Shown one piece after another: positions 53,294-62,328 of a stretch of DNA of 64,000 nucleotides. The position numbers and the translations under genes are program-made. The stretch is from Myxococcota bacterium (GTDB lineage Bacteria > Myxococcota_A > UBA9160 > SZUA-336): assembly GCA_040902485.1 (NCBI GenBank), contig JBBDXF010000019.1, positions 6,076 through 70,075 on the forward strand, written 5' to 3'. The notes beneath the pieces are model-generated. The model was not told where the DNA came from, searched no databases, and was given only the letters and a program-made list of their open reading frames with translations. Positions within the stretch are counted from its first letter, which is position 1. Each line of letters starts with the position of its first letter.

Positions 53294-53905
53294 TCAGGGC
53301 TTGAGCAGGCCGATGATTCCCGAGCGCAGCGCGGCGCTACCCACCTGGACACCCGTGTCCTCGAGTGACTTCGCGCCGATGCCGAGCGAGAGCAGCAGCA
53401 CCGCCATCTGGCGCGGGTCGAGGTCGCGCCGGACCTTGCCGGCTTCCTGCGCCCGCTTGACCAGGTTCCCCACGCGCGTGGCGGCGTCGTCGAAGATCTC
53501 CGTGAAGCGGTGCTTCAGCTTCTCGGAGCGCGCGATCGACTCGAAGACCCGGTGGGTCGCGATCGCGAACGTGCCCACGATCGGCCAGTCCTTCTTCGCG
53601 AGCACGGCGGTGAAGCGGCCGACGGCGGCGTCGAGATCCGTGTCGTCATCGGTGCCCGCGATCACGTCGACGAGGGACGAGAGCGTCCAGTCGGTGACCG
53701 CGACCAGGAAGTCGTCGCGGTCCTTGAAGTGCACGTAGAACGCGCCGCGTGTGAAGCCGGCCCGCGCGCAGATCGCATCGAGGCTCGGCGTGTCGAGCCC
53801 GTGCTCGATCAGCTCCAGCAGCCCCGCCTTGAGCAGCGCCTGGCGCGTGAACTCCTTCGACTCGGCACGGCTGCGACGCTGCTCGGTCGTCGATCCCTGA
53901 TCCAT
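53294..53905 (-). CDS. TetR/AcrR-family transcriptional regulator
   Basis: FTRQALLKAGLELIEHGLDTPSLDAICARAGFTRGAFYVHFKDRDDF. It lies 58 nt upstream of, and co-directional with, the AstE-like gene. Confidence 0.88.
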   Translation of the reverse strand: MDQGSTTEQRRSRAESKEFTRQALLKAGLLELIEHGLDTPSLDAICARAGFTRGAFYVHFKDRDDFLVAVTDWTLSSLVDVIAGTDDDTDLDAAVGRFTAVLAKKDWPIVGTFAIATHRVFESIARSEKLKHRFTEIFDDAATRVGNLVKRAQEAGKVRRDLDPRQMAVLLLSLGIGAKSLEDTGVQVGSAALRSGIIGLLKP

Positions 53906-53933
53906 GACTCGCGCTCCACTTCTGCCGGATACG

Positions 53934-53956
53934 GAATCGATCTTTTAACACGATTC
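53934..53956. promoter_or_regulatory. Inverted repeat GAATCG-N11-CGATTC spanning an AT-rich patch upstream of the TetR gene; candidate TetR operator or promoter
   Basis: Read from the sequence, 29-51 nt upstream of the TetR start codon (minus strand). The spacer ATCTTTTAACA is the lowest-GC patch locally. Confidence 0.3.
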
Positions 53957-53998
53957 AAAGCTGCGGGAAAGTCGATCTTCCACAGGTTTCCGCGTCGT

Positions 53999-56479
53999 TC
54001 ATCCTCCATCCGCGCGAAGCGGAAACGGCAGCTCCGACGTGCCGGGGGCGAGCTTCAGGTTCATGTCGCGCTGCGGGTACGGGATCTCGATGCCGGCCTC
54101 GCGCAGCGCGGCGTTCACGGCGATGCCGAGCTCGCTCCGCACGCGTACGCCGATCTCGAAGCGGGTCCAGACACGCAGCGAGAAATTGAGCGCGCTGTCG
54201 CCGAAGCCGGTGAAGAACGCGACCGGCTCGGGGATCGCCAGCACCTCGGCGTGCGCGCGGCCGACCCCGACCAGCAGCGCGATCGCCTTCGCCGGATCCG
54301 TGTCGTATCCCAGGCCCACGTCCATGTCGATGCGGCGCTGGCGGTCGGAGAAGGTCCAGTTCACCACCCGGTCCGAGATCAAGCTCGCGTTGGGCACGAT
54401 CACGTCCGCACCCTCGAACGTGCGAATCGTGCTCGAGCGGATGCCGATGCGCTGCACCTCGCCGGAGAGCGGCCCGACCTCGATCGTGTCGCCGGTCTGC
54501 ACCGGCCGCTCGAAAAGCAGGATCAGGCCCGACACGAAGTTGTTCACCACGTTCTGCAGGCCGAAGCCGATGCCGACGCCGAACGCGCCCGCGAGCAGCG
54601 AGAAGCGCGACATGTCGATGCCGGCGGCGCCGATCGCGAGCGTGAAGCCGATCAGCAGGATCGCGTAGTGAATGCCCGTGGAGATCGCAGCCGGCACGCC
54701 GCGCGGCAGCGACACGCGCGGCACCACGTCCTCTTCGAGCACGAAGCGCAGGAAGCGCGAGAGCGTGAACGCGATCCAGATCGTGAGGAAGAAGGCGAGC
54801 ACCTCGCCGAGCGACACCGAGAGCGTGCCGAGCTCGAGCTTCGCGGTGACGACCGTGCGGAGCGCCGAGAACACCTCGTCGTCGATGCGGAAGAAGCGCA
54901 GGCTCGCGACGATCCAGCTGGCGGCGGCGGTCCAGCCCAGGAACGTCGCGATCCTGCGCCGCAAGAGCGCGCTGTGATCGCGCACCAGACGAAGCTGCCG
55001 CATCCGGGAGCTGCGCAAGAGCGCGGTCAGCGCGCCGCCGGCGATGCGCGTGAGCGCGTACGCCGCCACCGCGCTGTACGCGGAAGAGAGCGTGCCGCGC
55101 ACCAGCAGCCGCGAGACCGAGAGCATGCCGATCACGTTCGCGAGCGCCGCGACCGCGAGCAGGCCGAGCGCGACGCGCGCGATCGGGAGCACCGCGCCGC
55201 CGAAGCGACCGACCTCGACGAAGTGCACCGCGTTCTTGGGCCGGAGCATGTACGCGAGCAGGGCCACTCCGCCGAGCGCCTCGATCAGCAGCCGATAGCG
55301 CTCGACGATCGAGACGCCGCCGACCAGCGAGCGCAACGTGCCGAACACGAACAGCAGCGCGAGCCCGAGGATCCCCACGCGCAAGCCGCCGTACAGCTCG
55401 ATCGGCAGCAGGCGCAACATCGGCACGAGCAGGATCACCGCTTCGAGATCCGTGGCCACGGTCGTCGCGCGCGAGGATGCGAACTGCGTGGAGAGCATCG
55501 AGACGACGATCGCCGACGACACAGGGCGGGTGAAGATGCGGGCCGTCGCCGCGAGCGTCGGGTCTTCGAGCGCCCATTGCGAGACCCGCGCGCGCGCGAT
55601 CAGCAGCCCGAGCAGCACGAACAGGAACACGACCCCCTGCCACACGAACCGGTTCACGTCCAGGCGGATGAACTCGCCGAGCTCGCCGATGGCGTCGGAG
55701 AGGTGCGTGAGCACCTGTTCGCGGAGCGGCGTCGGGTCGGCGGTTCGCGTGTACGCGTCGGGACTCCAGAGCGGCGGCTCGTCGCGAGCGAAGAGCCGCG
55801 ACTGGAGCTCCCTGCGCAGGGTCGAGACGCGTTCCAGCACGCCCGTCACCACCAGCTCCTGCTGCGCGACGTCGTTCTGCAGGGCGAGGATGTGCGTGCG
55901 GCGCCGCTTGACCTGCTTCTGCGCCTCGTTCAGCGCGGCCAGCGTCTCGCTCACGCGCTCGCGTGTCGACTGCGGTAGCCCGGCGGCCGCCGCCGACTCG
56001 CGCGTCGCCTCCCACTCGTTTTCGAAGCGCTGCAGGCCGTCGATCTCGGCCTCGATCGCGACCGCGCGGCGGGTGAGCGCCAGCCGCCAGGCGGCGAGCG
56101 CCTCGGAGCGCGAGCGCCACTCACTCGAGAGATCCGAGAGCGCCTCGATCGAGACCGCGCCTTCGAGCAGCTCGTTGGCCCGGGTCGAGCGCTCCGTCAG
56201 CTTGCTCGCGAGCTCGGGCAGCTTGGCCTCGATCTCGAGCTCGGTCGCGTCCGGAGCCGAGCGCGACTCGATGTGCTTCAGCTCGGCCTTGAGCTCCTCC
56301 GAACGCCCGACGATCTCCGGTGCGGGCACCGGGACCGGCGCCTCGGGCGCGGCGGGTGCGACCGGCGCGGGGGGCGCGGCCGCCGGAGCCGGTGCGGGCG
56401 CCTCCTGGGCGACGACCTGCACGGCCGCGAGCGAGAGCGCGACCGCGAACAGGCACTCGGGAAGGCGCATGCGGCGCAT
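53999..56479 (-). CDS. Large mechanosensitive channel, MscS family (MscK/MscM-like)
   Basis: Signal peptide, P/A-rich linker, long coiled periplasmic domain and about 11 TM segments. MscS core GFGLQNVVNNFVSGLILLFERPVQTGDTIEV...GEVQRIGIRSSTIRTFEGADVIVPN. Confidence 0.9.
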   Translation of the reverse strand: MRRMRLPECLFAVALSLAAVQVVAQEAPAPAPAAAPPAPVAPAAPEAPVPVPAPEIVGRSEELKAELKHIESRSAPDATELEIEAKLPELASKLTERSTRANELLEGAVSIEALSDLSSEWRSRSEALAAWRLALTRRAVAIEAEIDGLQRFENEWEATRESAAAAGLPQSTRERVSETLAALNEAQKQVKRRRTHILALQNDVAQQELVVTGVLERVSTLRRELQSRLFARDEPPLWSPDAYTRTADPTPLREQVLTHLSDAIGELGEFIRLDVNRFVWQGVVFLFVLLGLLIARARVSQWALEDPTLAATARIFTRPVSSAIVVSMLSTQFASSRATTVATDLEAVILLVPMLRLLPIELYGGLRVGILGLALLFVFGTLRSLVGGVSIVERYRLLIEALGGVALLAYMLRPKNAVHFVEVGRFGGAVLPIARVALGLLAVAALANVIGMLSVSRLLVRGTLSSAYSAVAAYALTRIAGGALTALLRSSRMRQLRLVRDHSALLRRRIATFLGWTAAASWIVASLRFFRIDDEVFSALRTVVTAKLELGTLSVSLGEVLAFFLTIWIAFTLSRFLRFVLEEDVVPRVSLPRGVPAAISTGIHYAILLIGFTLAIGAAGIDMSRFSLLAGAFGVGIGFGLQNVVNNFVSGLILLFERPVQTGDTIEVGPLSGEVQRIGIRSSTIRTFEGADVIVPNASLISDRVVNWTFSDRQRRIDMDVGLGYDTDPAKAIALLVGVGRAHAEVLAIPEPVAFFTGFGDSALNFSLRVWTRFEIGVRVRSELGIAVNAALREAGIEIPYPQRDMNLKLAPGTSELPFPLRADGG

Positions 56480-56489
56480 CAGCCGCAGT

Positions 56490-57770
56490 CTAGCGCGCGA
56501 GGCCGCGCGGCTCGCGCATGCGCAGGACCACCAGCGCGGCCGCCGCCAGCTTGAAAGCGATCGCGCAGAAGAACACGGACGGGTAGTCGACGAAGGTTGC
56601 GAGCGCGCCGCCGGCGAGCGGCGCGACCACGCCCATCGCTTCGGTCGCGGCGTTCACGACGCCGATGCGCAGCGGCAGGTCCTCGCGCGCGCCGAACTCG
56701 AGCACCAGGATCTGCTGCCCCATCATGAAGCCGCCCGAGCCGGCGCCGAGCGCCACGAACACGCCGACCAGCGCCGCGAAGCTCGCGGCGCCGAGCAGCA
56801 TGAACGTGCCGGCGATCCAGACCGCGAGCGAGGCGAGGAAAACCACGCGAAAGCCGGTGCGATCCGCGAGCAGGCCCCAACCCAGGTTCAGCGTGGTCGC
56901 GGCGAGCAGGAACGCGGCCGTCAGCACGCCGAGCTCGCTGCCGCCGATCGCGAGCGTCTGCTGCGCGTACAGCACGTAGTAGGGCATGGCGATCCGGCCC
57001 AGCGCCCCGAGCACGCAGGCCGCCAGAAACACCGCGAAGTTCGCGTCCGCGCGCAGCAGCGCCGGCAGGTCCGCGAGCCGCGCGGCCACGCCGGTGCGCA
57101 CGCGCACGGCGGGCGAATCCGGCTCGCGAATGAACAGCAGCATCAAGAGCCCGAGCTCGGTCAGCACGAACGCGAGCAGGAAGGTGGCCGCGTAGCCGTT
57201 GCCCAGCGCGTTGCTCTCCACCAGCCAGCCGCCGCCGAGGTAGGCGACACCGGCCGCTGTCACCCCCGCGAGCGCGTTGCGCAGACCCGAGAGCCGCCCG
57301 CGCAGCTCGATCGGGATCACCTTCGCGAGCAGCACGTTGAAGATCACGCCCTGCATGCCCATGAAGAAGCCGAACAGCCCGAGGAACACGCAGACCAGCG
57401 ACAGGTTCCACTCGACGGGCAGGAAGAAGCCGGCGAGCGCGATGCCGAGCACCTGCAAGCGCAAGAGCGTCCCGGTGCGCATGCCCATCGGCAGCACCTT
57501 GCGGCGGTGCTCGATCTGCGTCGCCGAGAACAGCGGCGACAGGCACTGGCCGAGCGCCTGCACCGAGCGCGCGACGCCGACCACCAGCTCGGAGCCCGAC
57601 AGCGAGTAGATGTAGGCCGGCACGAAGGTCGGGGCCTGGATCAGACGAAAGCCCGTCTGCCCGAAGATGCCGTGGCCGAGGTGCGCGAGGTAGTTGCGGC
57701 GCAGGCTGCCGCGCACGAGCTCGTCGAACTCGGCTTCGCCGCGCGCGTCGATCTCCTCCGCGGCCGCCAC
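56490..57770 (-). CDS. MFS transporter
   Basis: About 12 hydrophobic segments in a 6+6 layout. The GTG start directly abuts the upstream kinase stop, and the stop lies 10 nt before the MscS gene. Confidence 0.85.
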   Translation of the reverse strand: MAAAEEIDARGEAEFDELVRGSLRRNYLAHLGHGIFGQTGFRLIQAPTFVPAYIYSLSGSELVVGVARSVQALGQCLSPLFSATQIEHRRKVLPMGMRTGTLLRLQVLGIALAGFFLPVEWNLSLVCVFLGLFGFFMGMQGVIFNVLLAKVIPIELRGRLSGLRNALAGVTAAGVAYLGGGWLVESNALGNGYAATFLLAFVLTELGLLMLLFIREPDSPAVRVRTGVAARLADLPALLRADANFAVFLAACVLGALGRIAMPYYVLYAQQTLAIGGSELGVLTAAFLLAATTLNLGWGLLADRTGFRVVFLASLAVWIAGTFMLLGAASFAALVGVFVALGAGSGGFMMGQQILVLEFGAREDLPLRIGVVNAATEAMGVVAPLAGGALATFVDYPSVFFCAIAFKLAAAALVVLRMREPRGLAR

Positions 57771-58778
57771 CTACGACGCCAGCAGCGCGGCGCCGAGCTC
57801 GAGCGCGCGCTCGGCGCGCGCGGTGGTGCCCAGCAGCGAGAGACGCGCGGCGCCGATCGAACGGCGCAGGATCTCGACGCCGGCGTAGGCGCGCGCGCGG
57901 GCCTCGAGCTCGGGATCCCGGCCGGCCGTCTGCGAATAGCCGGCGAAGAGCGCGCGCTCGCAGGCCGCGAGCGGGTCCGCGTCGCGCGCCTGGACTCGCT
58001 GCACGTGCACGTGCGCGAACGCCTGGCCGAGGTCGAAGGCCGGATCGCCCACGTGCGCGATCTCCGCGTCGAGAAGCCGCGGCCGCACGCCCTGCACGAG
58101 CACGTTGCCGGGCTGCACGTCGCCGTGCACGAGCGCCTCGCGCGCCGCGTAGTAGCGCGCGCGCAGCTCGGCGATGCGCGGGCGCAGCCCCGGCCGCGCG
58201 AGCAGCTCGTCGGCGAGCGCGCGCAGCCGCGGCTCGATCGGGAAGTCGTTCGGCTGGTAGGGCAGGCTGAAGATGTGCTCGCCGTGAAGCGCGCGCATCT
58301 CGTCGTTCGCAAACCGCGGGGCGAGCGACTCCGCGTCGGCCCGCGTCGCGCGATGCACGTCGCCGAGGAACGCGCCGAGCGCCTCCAGCGTCGCGGGCTC
58401 CGCGCGGCCGTCCGCGAGCAGCGTGTCGAGCCGCGCGGCGTCGCCCAGGTCCTCCATCACCAGCACGCGGCCGGGCTCGTCGAACCAGAGCACCTGCGGA
58501 GCGACACCGGCCCGTGCCGGAACGCGCGCGCGCACCTGCTCGAAGTAGCGCGCCTCGAACACCATGCGCGCGCTGTCGACCTTGTACTCGGGGAAGCGCT
58601 CGAGCGCGGCACGCGCCTGCTTCACGACCAGCGAGCGGCCGTTCGCCGCGCGCACCCGCCGCACCCAGTTGATGTTGCCGTCCCCGGCCGGCTCGACGAC
58701 CGCGCCGCGCGCGTCCGCGAGCAGCCCCGCGCGGACCAGGTACGGGGGGTGGGTGGGGTCGTCGAGCGCCCCGCTCAC
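57771..58778 (-). CDS. Protein-kinase-fold phosphotransferase (APH / methylthioribose-kinase-like)
   Basis: The GTG at 58778 forms a GTGA overlap with the SDR stop. GDGNINWVRRV (nucleotide loop), VMEDL, catalytic HGDVQPGNVLV and LLDAEIAHVGDPAFDLG. Confidence 0.8.
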   Translation of the reverse strand: MSGALDDPTHPPYLVRAGLLADARGAVVEPAGDGNINWVRRVRAANGRSLVVKQARAALERFPEYKVDSARMVFEARYFEQVRARVPARAGVAPQVLWFDEPGRVLVMEDLGDAARLDTLLADGRAEPATLEALGAFLGDVHRATRADAESLAPRFANDEMRALHGEHIFSLPYQPNDFPIEPRLRALADELLARPGLRPRIAELRARYYAAREALVHGDVQPGNVLVQGVRPRLLDAEIAHVGDPAFDLGQAFAHVHVQRVQARDADPLAACERALFAGYSQTAGRDPELEARARAYAGVEILRRSIGAARLSLLGTTARAERALELGAALLAS

Positions 58779-59551
58779 AGGCAGGTGGACGAGCCGCCGT
58801 CGACGGGTACGATCGTCCCCGTCACGTACGCGGACGCGCGCGACGACAGGTAGATGGCGGTGCCCGCGACGTCCTCCGGCTCGCCGATCCGGCCGCGCGG
58901 ATTCTGCTTGCGGATCATCTCGCCGAAGCGCTCCAGCGTCGCCTTCATCATCTGGCTCTCGAACGGTCCCGGCGCGATCGCGTTCACGTTCACGTTCTCC
59001 GACGCGAGCCTGCGCGCGAGCACGCGCGTCAGGTGGTGCAGCCCCGCCTTCGCCGCCGAGTACGCGTAGGTGTCGAGGATCGGCACGTGCAGCCCGTCGA
59101 TCGAGCCGATGTTGATCACGCGCGCGGGGTCCGCCGCGGTCGCCCCCTTGCGCAAGAGCGGCAGCAGGTCGCGCGTCAGGAAGAAGACCGACTTCAGGTT
59201 CAGGTCCATGACCTTGTCCCAGCCCGCCTCCGGGAACTCGTCGAGCGGCGCGCCCCAGTTGGCGCCGGCGTTGTTCACCAGGATGTGTAGCGCGCCCTCG
59301 CGCGCTTCGAGGTCGGAGACGAGCTTCGCGACTCCGCTCAGCTCGCCGAGGTCCGCCGGGATCGCGACGCAGGTTCCGAGCTTCGAGAGCTCCGCCTCGG
59401 CCTTCGCGCAGGCGTCCGGCTTGCGCGAGCAGATGTACGTGCGCACGCCGTTCTCGACGAAGCCGCGCGCGATCATCCCGCCGATCCCGCGCGTCCCGCC
59501 CGTGACCAGCGCGACCTTCCCCTCGACCGAGAACAGCTCGGGCAACCTCAT
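58775..59551 (-). CDS. SDR-family oxidoreductase (classical)
   Basis: An internal ATG 59551 gives MRLPELFSVEGKVALVTGGTRGIG. NNAG, the YSAAK catalytic tetrad and IAPGPF. Confidence 0.9.
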   Translation of the reverse strand: MRLPELFSVEGKVALVTGGTRGIGGMIARGFVENGVRTYICSRKPDACAKAEAELSKLGTCVAIPADLGELSGVAKLVSDLEAREGALHILVNNAGANWGAPLDEFPEAGWDKVMDLNLKSVFFLTRDLLPLLRKGATAADPARVINIGSIDGLHVPILDTYAYSAAKAGLHHLTRVLARRLASENVNVNAIAPGPFESQMMKATLERFGEMIRKQNPRGRIGEPEDVAGTAIYLSSRASAYVTGTIVPVDGGSSTCL

Positions 59552-59644
59552 GGCGGCGCATCGTATCCGATCGCCGCCGTCGGGGCGACGAGCGACCTCG
59601 GAGCGACCGGCAACTTCGCAGCGACGGGCGCCAAGGGCCGCATT

Positions 59645-59676
59645 CCCATTCCCGCCGGCCTCGGATGTAGAATGGG
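59645..59676. promoter_or_regulatory. Inverted repeat CCCATTC-N18-GAATGGG overlapping a TAGAAT -10-like hexamer in the divergent SDR/crotonase intergenic region
   Basis: Read from the sequence. TAGAAT at 59668-59673 lies 23 nt before ATG 59697 (SD GGAGGGG). A TetR gene lies in the downstream operon. Confidence 0.3.
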
Positions 59677-59696
59677 CCCCAAAGTCGGAGGGGTGC

Positions 59697-60476
59697 ATGG
59701 CCGAGTTCTGCAAGGTCGAGCGCGAGGGGCGGCTGTGGATCGTCACGATCAACCGCCCGGAAGTGATGAACTCGCTGCACCCCGCCGCGAACCGCGAGCT
59801 CGCGAAGGTCTGGGACGACTTCGAGGCGGACCCCGAGGCATGGGTCGGCATCATCACCGGCGCGGGCGACCGCGCGTTCTCGGCCGGCAACGACCTGAAG
59901 TACCAGGCCAGCGGCGGCGACATGCGCGGCCAGCCGGAGAGCGGCTTCGGCGGGCTGACCCAGCGCTTCGGCCTGACCAAGCCGGTGATCGCGGCCGTGA
60001 ACGGCGTGGCGATGGGCGGCGGGTTCGAGATCGCGCTCGCCTGCGACCTGATCATCGCCTCGGAGCAGGCGGTCTTCGCGCTGCCCGAGCCGCGCGTCGG
60101 GCTGGCGGCGCTCGCGGGTGGGCTGCAGCGCCTGCCGCGCATGATTCCGCTCAAGCAGGCGATGGGCATGATCCTCACGGGTCGCCGCGTCCCCGCGCAA
60201 GAGGGCAAAGAGCTCGGCTTCGTCACCGACGTCTCGAAGCACGACGCCCTGCTCAAGACCGCGCGCGCGTGGGCGGACCAGATCCTCGAGTGCTCGCCGC
60301 TCTCGATCCGCGCCAGCAAGCAGACGGCGCTCGCGAGCCTCTCCGTGGCCGACCTCGCCGAGTCGATGCAGAACGGCCGCTACCCGGCGATCGGCGCGAT
60401 GGTGCGCAGCGAAGACTTCGTCGAAGGGCCCAAGGCCTTTGCCGAGAAGCGGAAGCCGCAGTGGAAGGGGCGCTAG
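59697..60476 (+). CDS. Enoyl-CoA hydratase/isomerase (crotonase) family protein
   Basis: WIVTINRPEVMNSL, ITGAGDRAFSAGNDL, AAVNGVAMGGGFEIALACD and EGPKAFAEKRKPQWKG. Confidence 0.9.
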   Translation: MAEFCKVEREGRLWIVTINRPEVMNSLHPAANRELAKVWDDFEADPEAWVGIITGAGDRAFSAGNDLKYQASGGDMRGQPESGFGGLTQRFGLTKPVIAAVNGVAMGGGFEIALACDLIIASEQAVFALPEPRVGLAALAGGLQRLPRMIPLKQAMGMILTGRRVPAQEGKELGFVTDVSKHDALLKTARAWADQILECSPLSIRASKQTALASLSVADLAESMQNGRYPAIGAMVRSEDFVEGPKAFAEKRKPQWKGR

Positions 60477-61090
60477 ACCCGCGCCGCGCGACGACGGCCG
60501 TCGCGCGCAACGATCAGCGGCGTGCGCGCATCGTGCAGGCGCTGCGCGAGTGCATGCTCGCGCGCGGCTACGCGGGCACCAGCCTGTCCGACATCGCGCG
60601 CGCGGCCGGCATGACGCCGAGCCACCTGCTCTACTACTTCAAGGGCAAGGACGCGATCGTGAACGCCTACTGGCAGACGCTCGCGGAGGACTTGCTGACG
60701 CGCCTGCGCGCGATCGAGCACGAGCCGCTGGAGCGGCGCATCGATCTGCTCACCGAAGTGATGCTCTCGGACGAGACCGCGTCGTGGCCCGACCTCGGGC
60801 TCTTCCTCGAGCTGTGCGGCCTGGCCGTGCACCAGAAGGACCTGTACCAGACCAAGGCGCGCTTCGATCACGAGTTCAAGAGCTGGCTCGCGCAGCAGCT
60901 CGACGAGGCGCCGCGCAAGCTCGGTCCGTACACGGCCATGGCGGCCGAGAGCACCTACGCGCTCTTGATGGGCCTGTGCACGTCGGCGTATTTCGACGAG
61001 CGGCTCGGCTACGAGCGCGCGCGCGCGATCCTGCGCCTGACGCTGCGCCAGCTGGCCGGCTACGAGCCGCTGCTGGGGACCGTCGCATGA
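60461..61090 (+). CDS. TetR/AcrR-family transcriptional regulator
   Basis: RIVQALRECMLARGYAGTSLSDIARAAGMTPSHLLYYFKGKDAI. No ATG is available. GTG 60461 (16-nt overlap with the crotonase gene) is preferred over GTG 60533, and the start is uncertain. Confidence 0.78.
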   Translation: MEGALDPRRATTAVARNDQRRARIVQALRECMLARGYAGTSLSDIARAAGMTPSHLLYYFKGKDAIVNAYWQTLAEDLLTRLRAIEHEPLERRIDLLTEVMLSDETASWPDLGLFLELCGLAVHQKDLYQTKARFDHEFKSWLAQQLDEAPRKLGPYTAMAAESTYALLMGLCTSAYFDERLGYERARAILRLTLRQLAGYEPLLGTVA

Positions 61091-62328
61091 AGCTCTCCTG
61101 GTTCCACCTGATGCCGTACACGGATCTGCCCGACGACTTCAAGGAGCGACACCCGTCGGTGTGGGTGGACATCGATTCGCGCCTGTTCGATCCGGCCAAG
61201 GCGCACCACATGTACAACGACTTCATGGACGAGCTCGAGTTCGCGGCCGAGCTCGGCTTCGACGGCATCTGCGTCAACGAGCACCACTCCAACGGCTACG
61301 GAATGATGCCCTCGCCGAACCTGATCGCCGCGTCGCTCGCGCGCCGCACGCGCGATGCGGCGCTGGTCGTGATGGGCAACTCGCTCGCGCTCTACAACCC
61401 GCCGGTCCGCGTCGCGGAGGAGTTCGCGATGCTCGACTGCATCTCGGGTGGGCGGCTGGTCGCGGGCTTCCCCGTCGGCACGCCCATGGACACCTGCTAC
61501 GCCTACGGTCAGAACCCGAGTCAGCTGCGCGAGCGCTATCACGAGGCGCACGACCTGGTGCTGCGCTGCTGGACCGAGCCCGACACATTCGTGTGGAACG
61601 GGCGCTTCAACAAGCTGCGCTACGTGAACCCCTGGCCGCGCCCGCTGCAGAAGCCCCACCCGCCGATCTGGATCCCCGGCGGCGGCTCGATCGAGACCTG
61701 GCAGTGGTGCGCGCAGATGGACTACGTGTACGCGTACCTGTCGTACTTCGGCTACAAGGCCGGCCAGGCCACGATGGACGGCTTCTGGCACGAGATGGAG
61801 CGGCTGGGCAAGGACCGCAATCCGTTCCGCGCCGGCTTCCTGCAGTTCGTCGGCGTGGCCGAGACGCGCGCCGAGGCTCTGGACCTGTACCGCGAGTCCG
61901 CGGAGTACTTCTTCAACCGCTGTCTGCACGTCGACGCGCGCTGGGCCGGCCCGCCCGGCTACGCGAGCGAGGCCACGCTGCGCGCGCGTGTGAGCTCGCA
62001 GGTCGCGCAGGCCGCGGGCCGCGCCAGCGCGGGCGCCGCCTTCGGCGCGCCGAGCTTCGAGGAGATCGTCGACCAGGGTTACGTCGTGATCGGCTCGCCC
62101 GACGAGGTCGCCGAGAAGCTGCGCGAGGTCGCCGTCAGCCTGAACGTCGGCCAGCTGATGCTCTTGCTCCAGTACGGCAACATGAAGAAGGAGCTCTGCT
62201 TCTACAACACGGAGCTGTTCGCGAAGCGCGTCATGCCGCAGCTGCGCGGCCTGTTCGAGGGCGAGTGGGAAAACCGCTGGTGGCCGAAGCCCCTGCCGCG
62301 CGACGAGCGCGCGCTGGTGCGCGGATGA
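61087..62328 (+). CDS. LLM-class flavin- or F420-dependent oxidoreductase
   Basis: MKLSWFHLMPY..., GFDGICVNEHHSNGYGMMPSP and GGRLVAGFPVG. ATGA overlap with the TetR stop. Confidence 0.85.
   Translation: MKLSWFHLMPYTDLPDDFKERHPSVWVDIDSRLFDPAKAHHMYNDFMDELEFAAELGFDGICVNEHHSNGYGMMPSPNLIAASLARRTRDAALVVMGNSLALYNPPVRVAEEFAMLDCISGGRLVAGFPVGTPMDTCYAYGQNPSQLRERYHEAHDLVLRCWTEPDTFVWNGRFNKLRYVNPWPRPLQKPHPPIWIPGGGSIETWQWCAQMDYVYAYLSYFGYKAGQATMDGFWHEMERLGKDRNPFRAGFLQFVGVAETRAEALDLYRESAEYFFNRCLHVDARWAGPPGYASEATLRARVSSQVAQAAGRASAGAAFGAPSFEEIVDQGYVVIGSPDEVAEKLREVAVSLNVGQLMLLLQYGNMKKELCFYNTELFAKRVMPQLRGLFEGEWENRWWPKPLPRDERALVRG

Noticed and set aside
55338-58853. 1171-aa plus-strand ORF, and 822-aa ORF 53510..55978
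   Set aside because: They are antisense to the MscS-family, MFS and kinase genes, and their composition is dominated by R/E/A/H/D runs.
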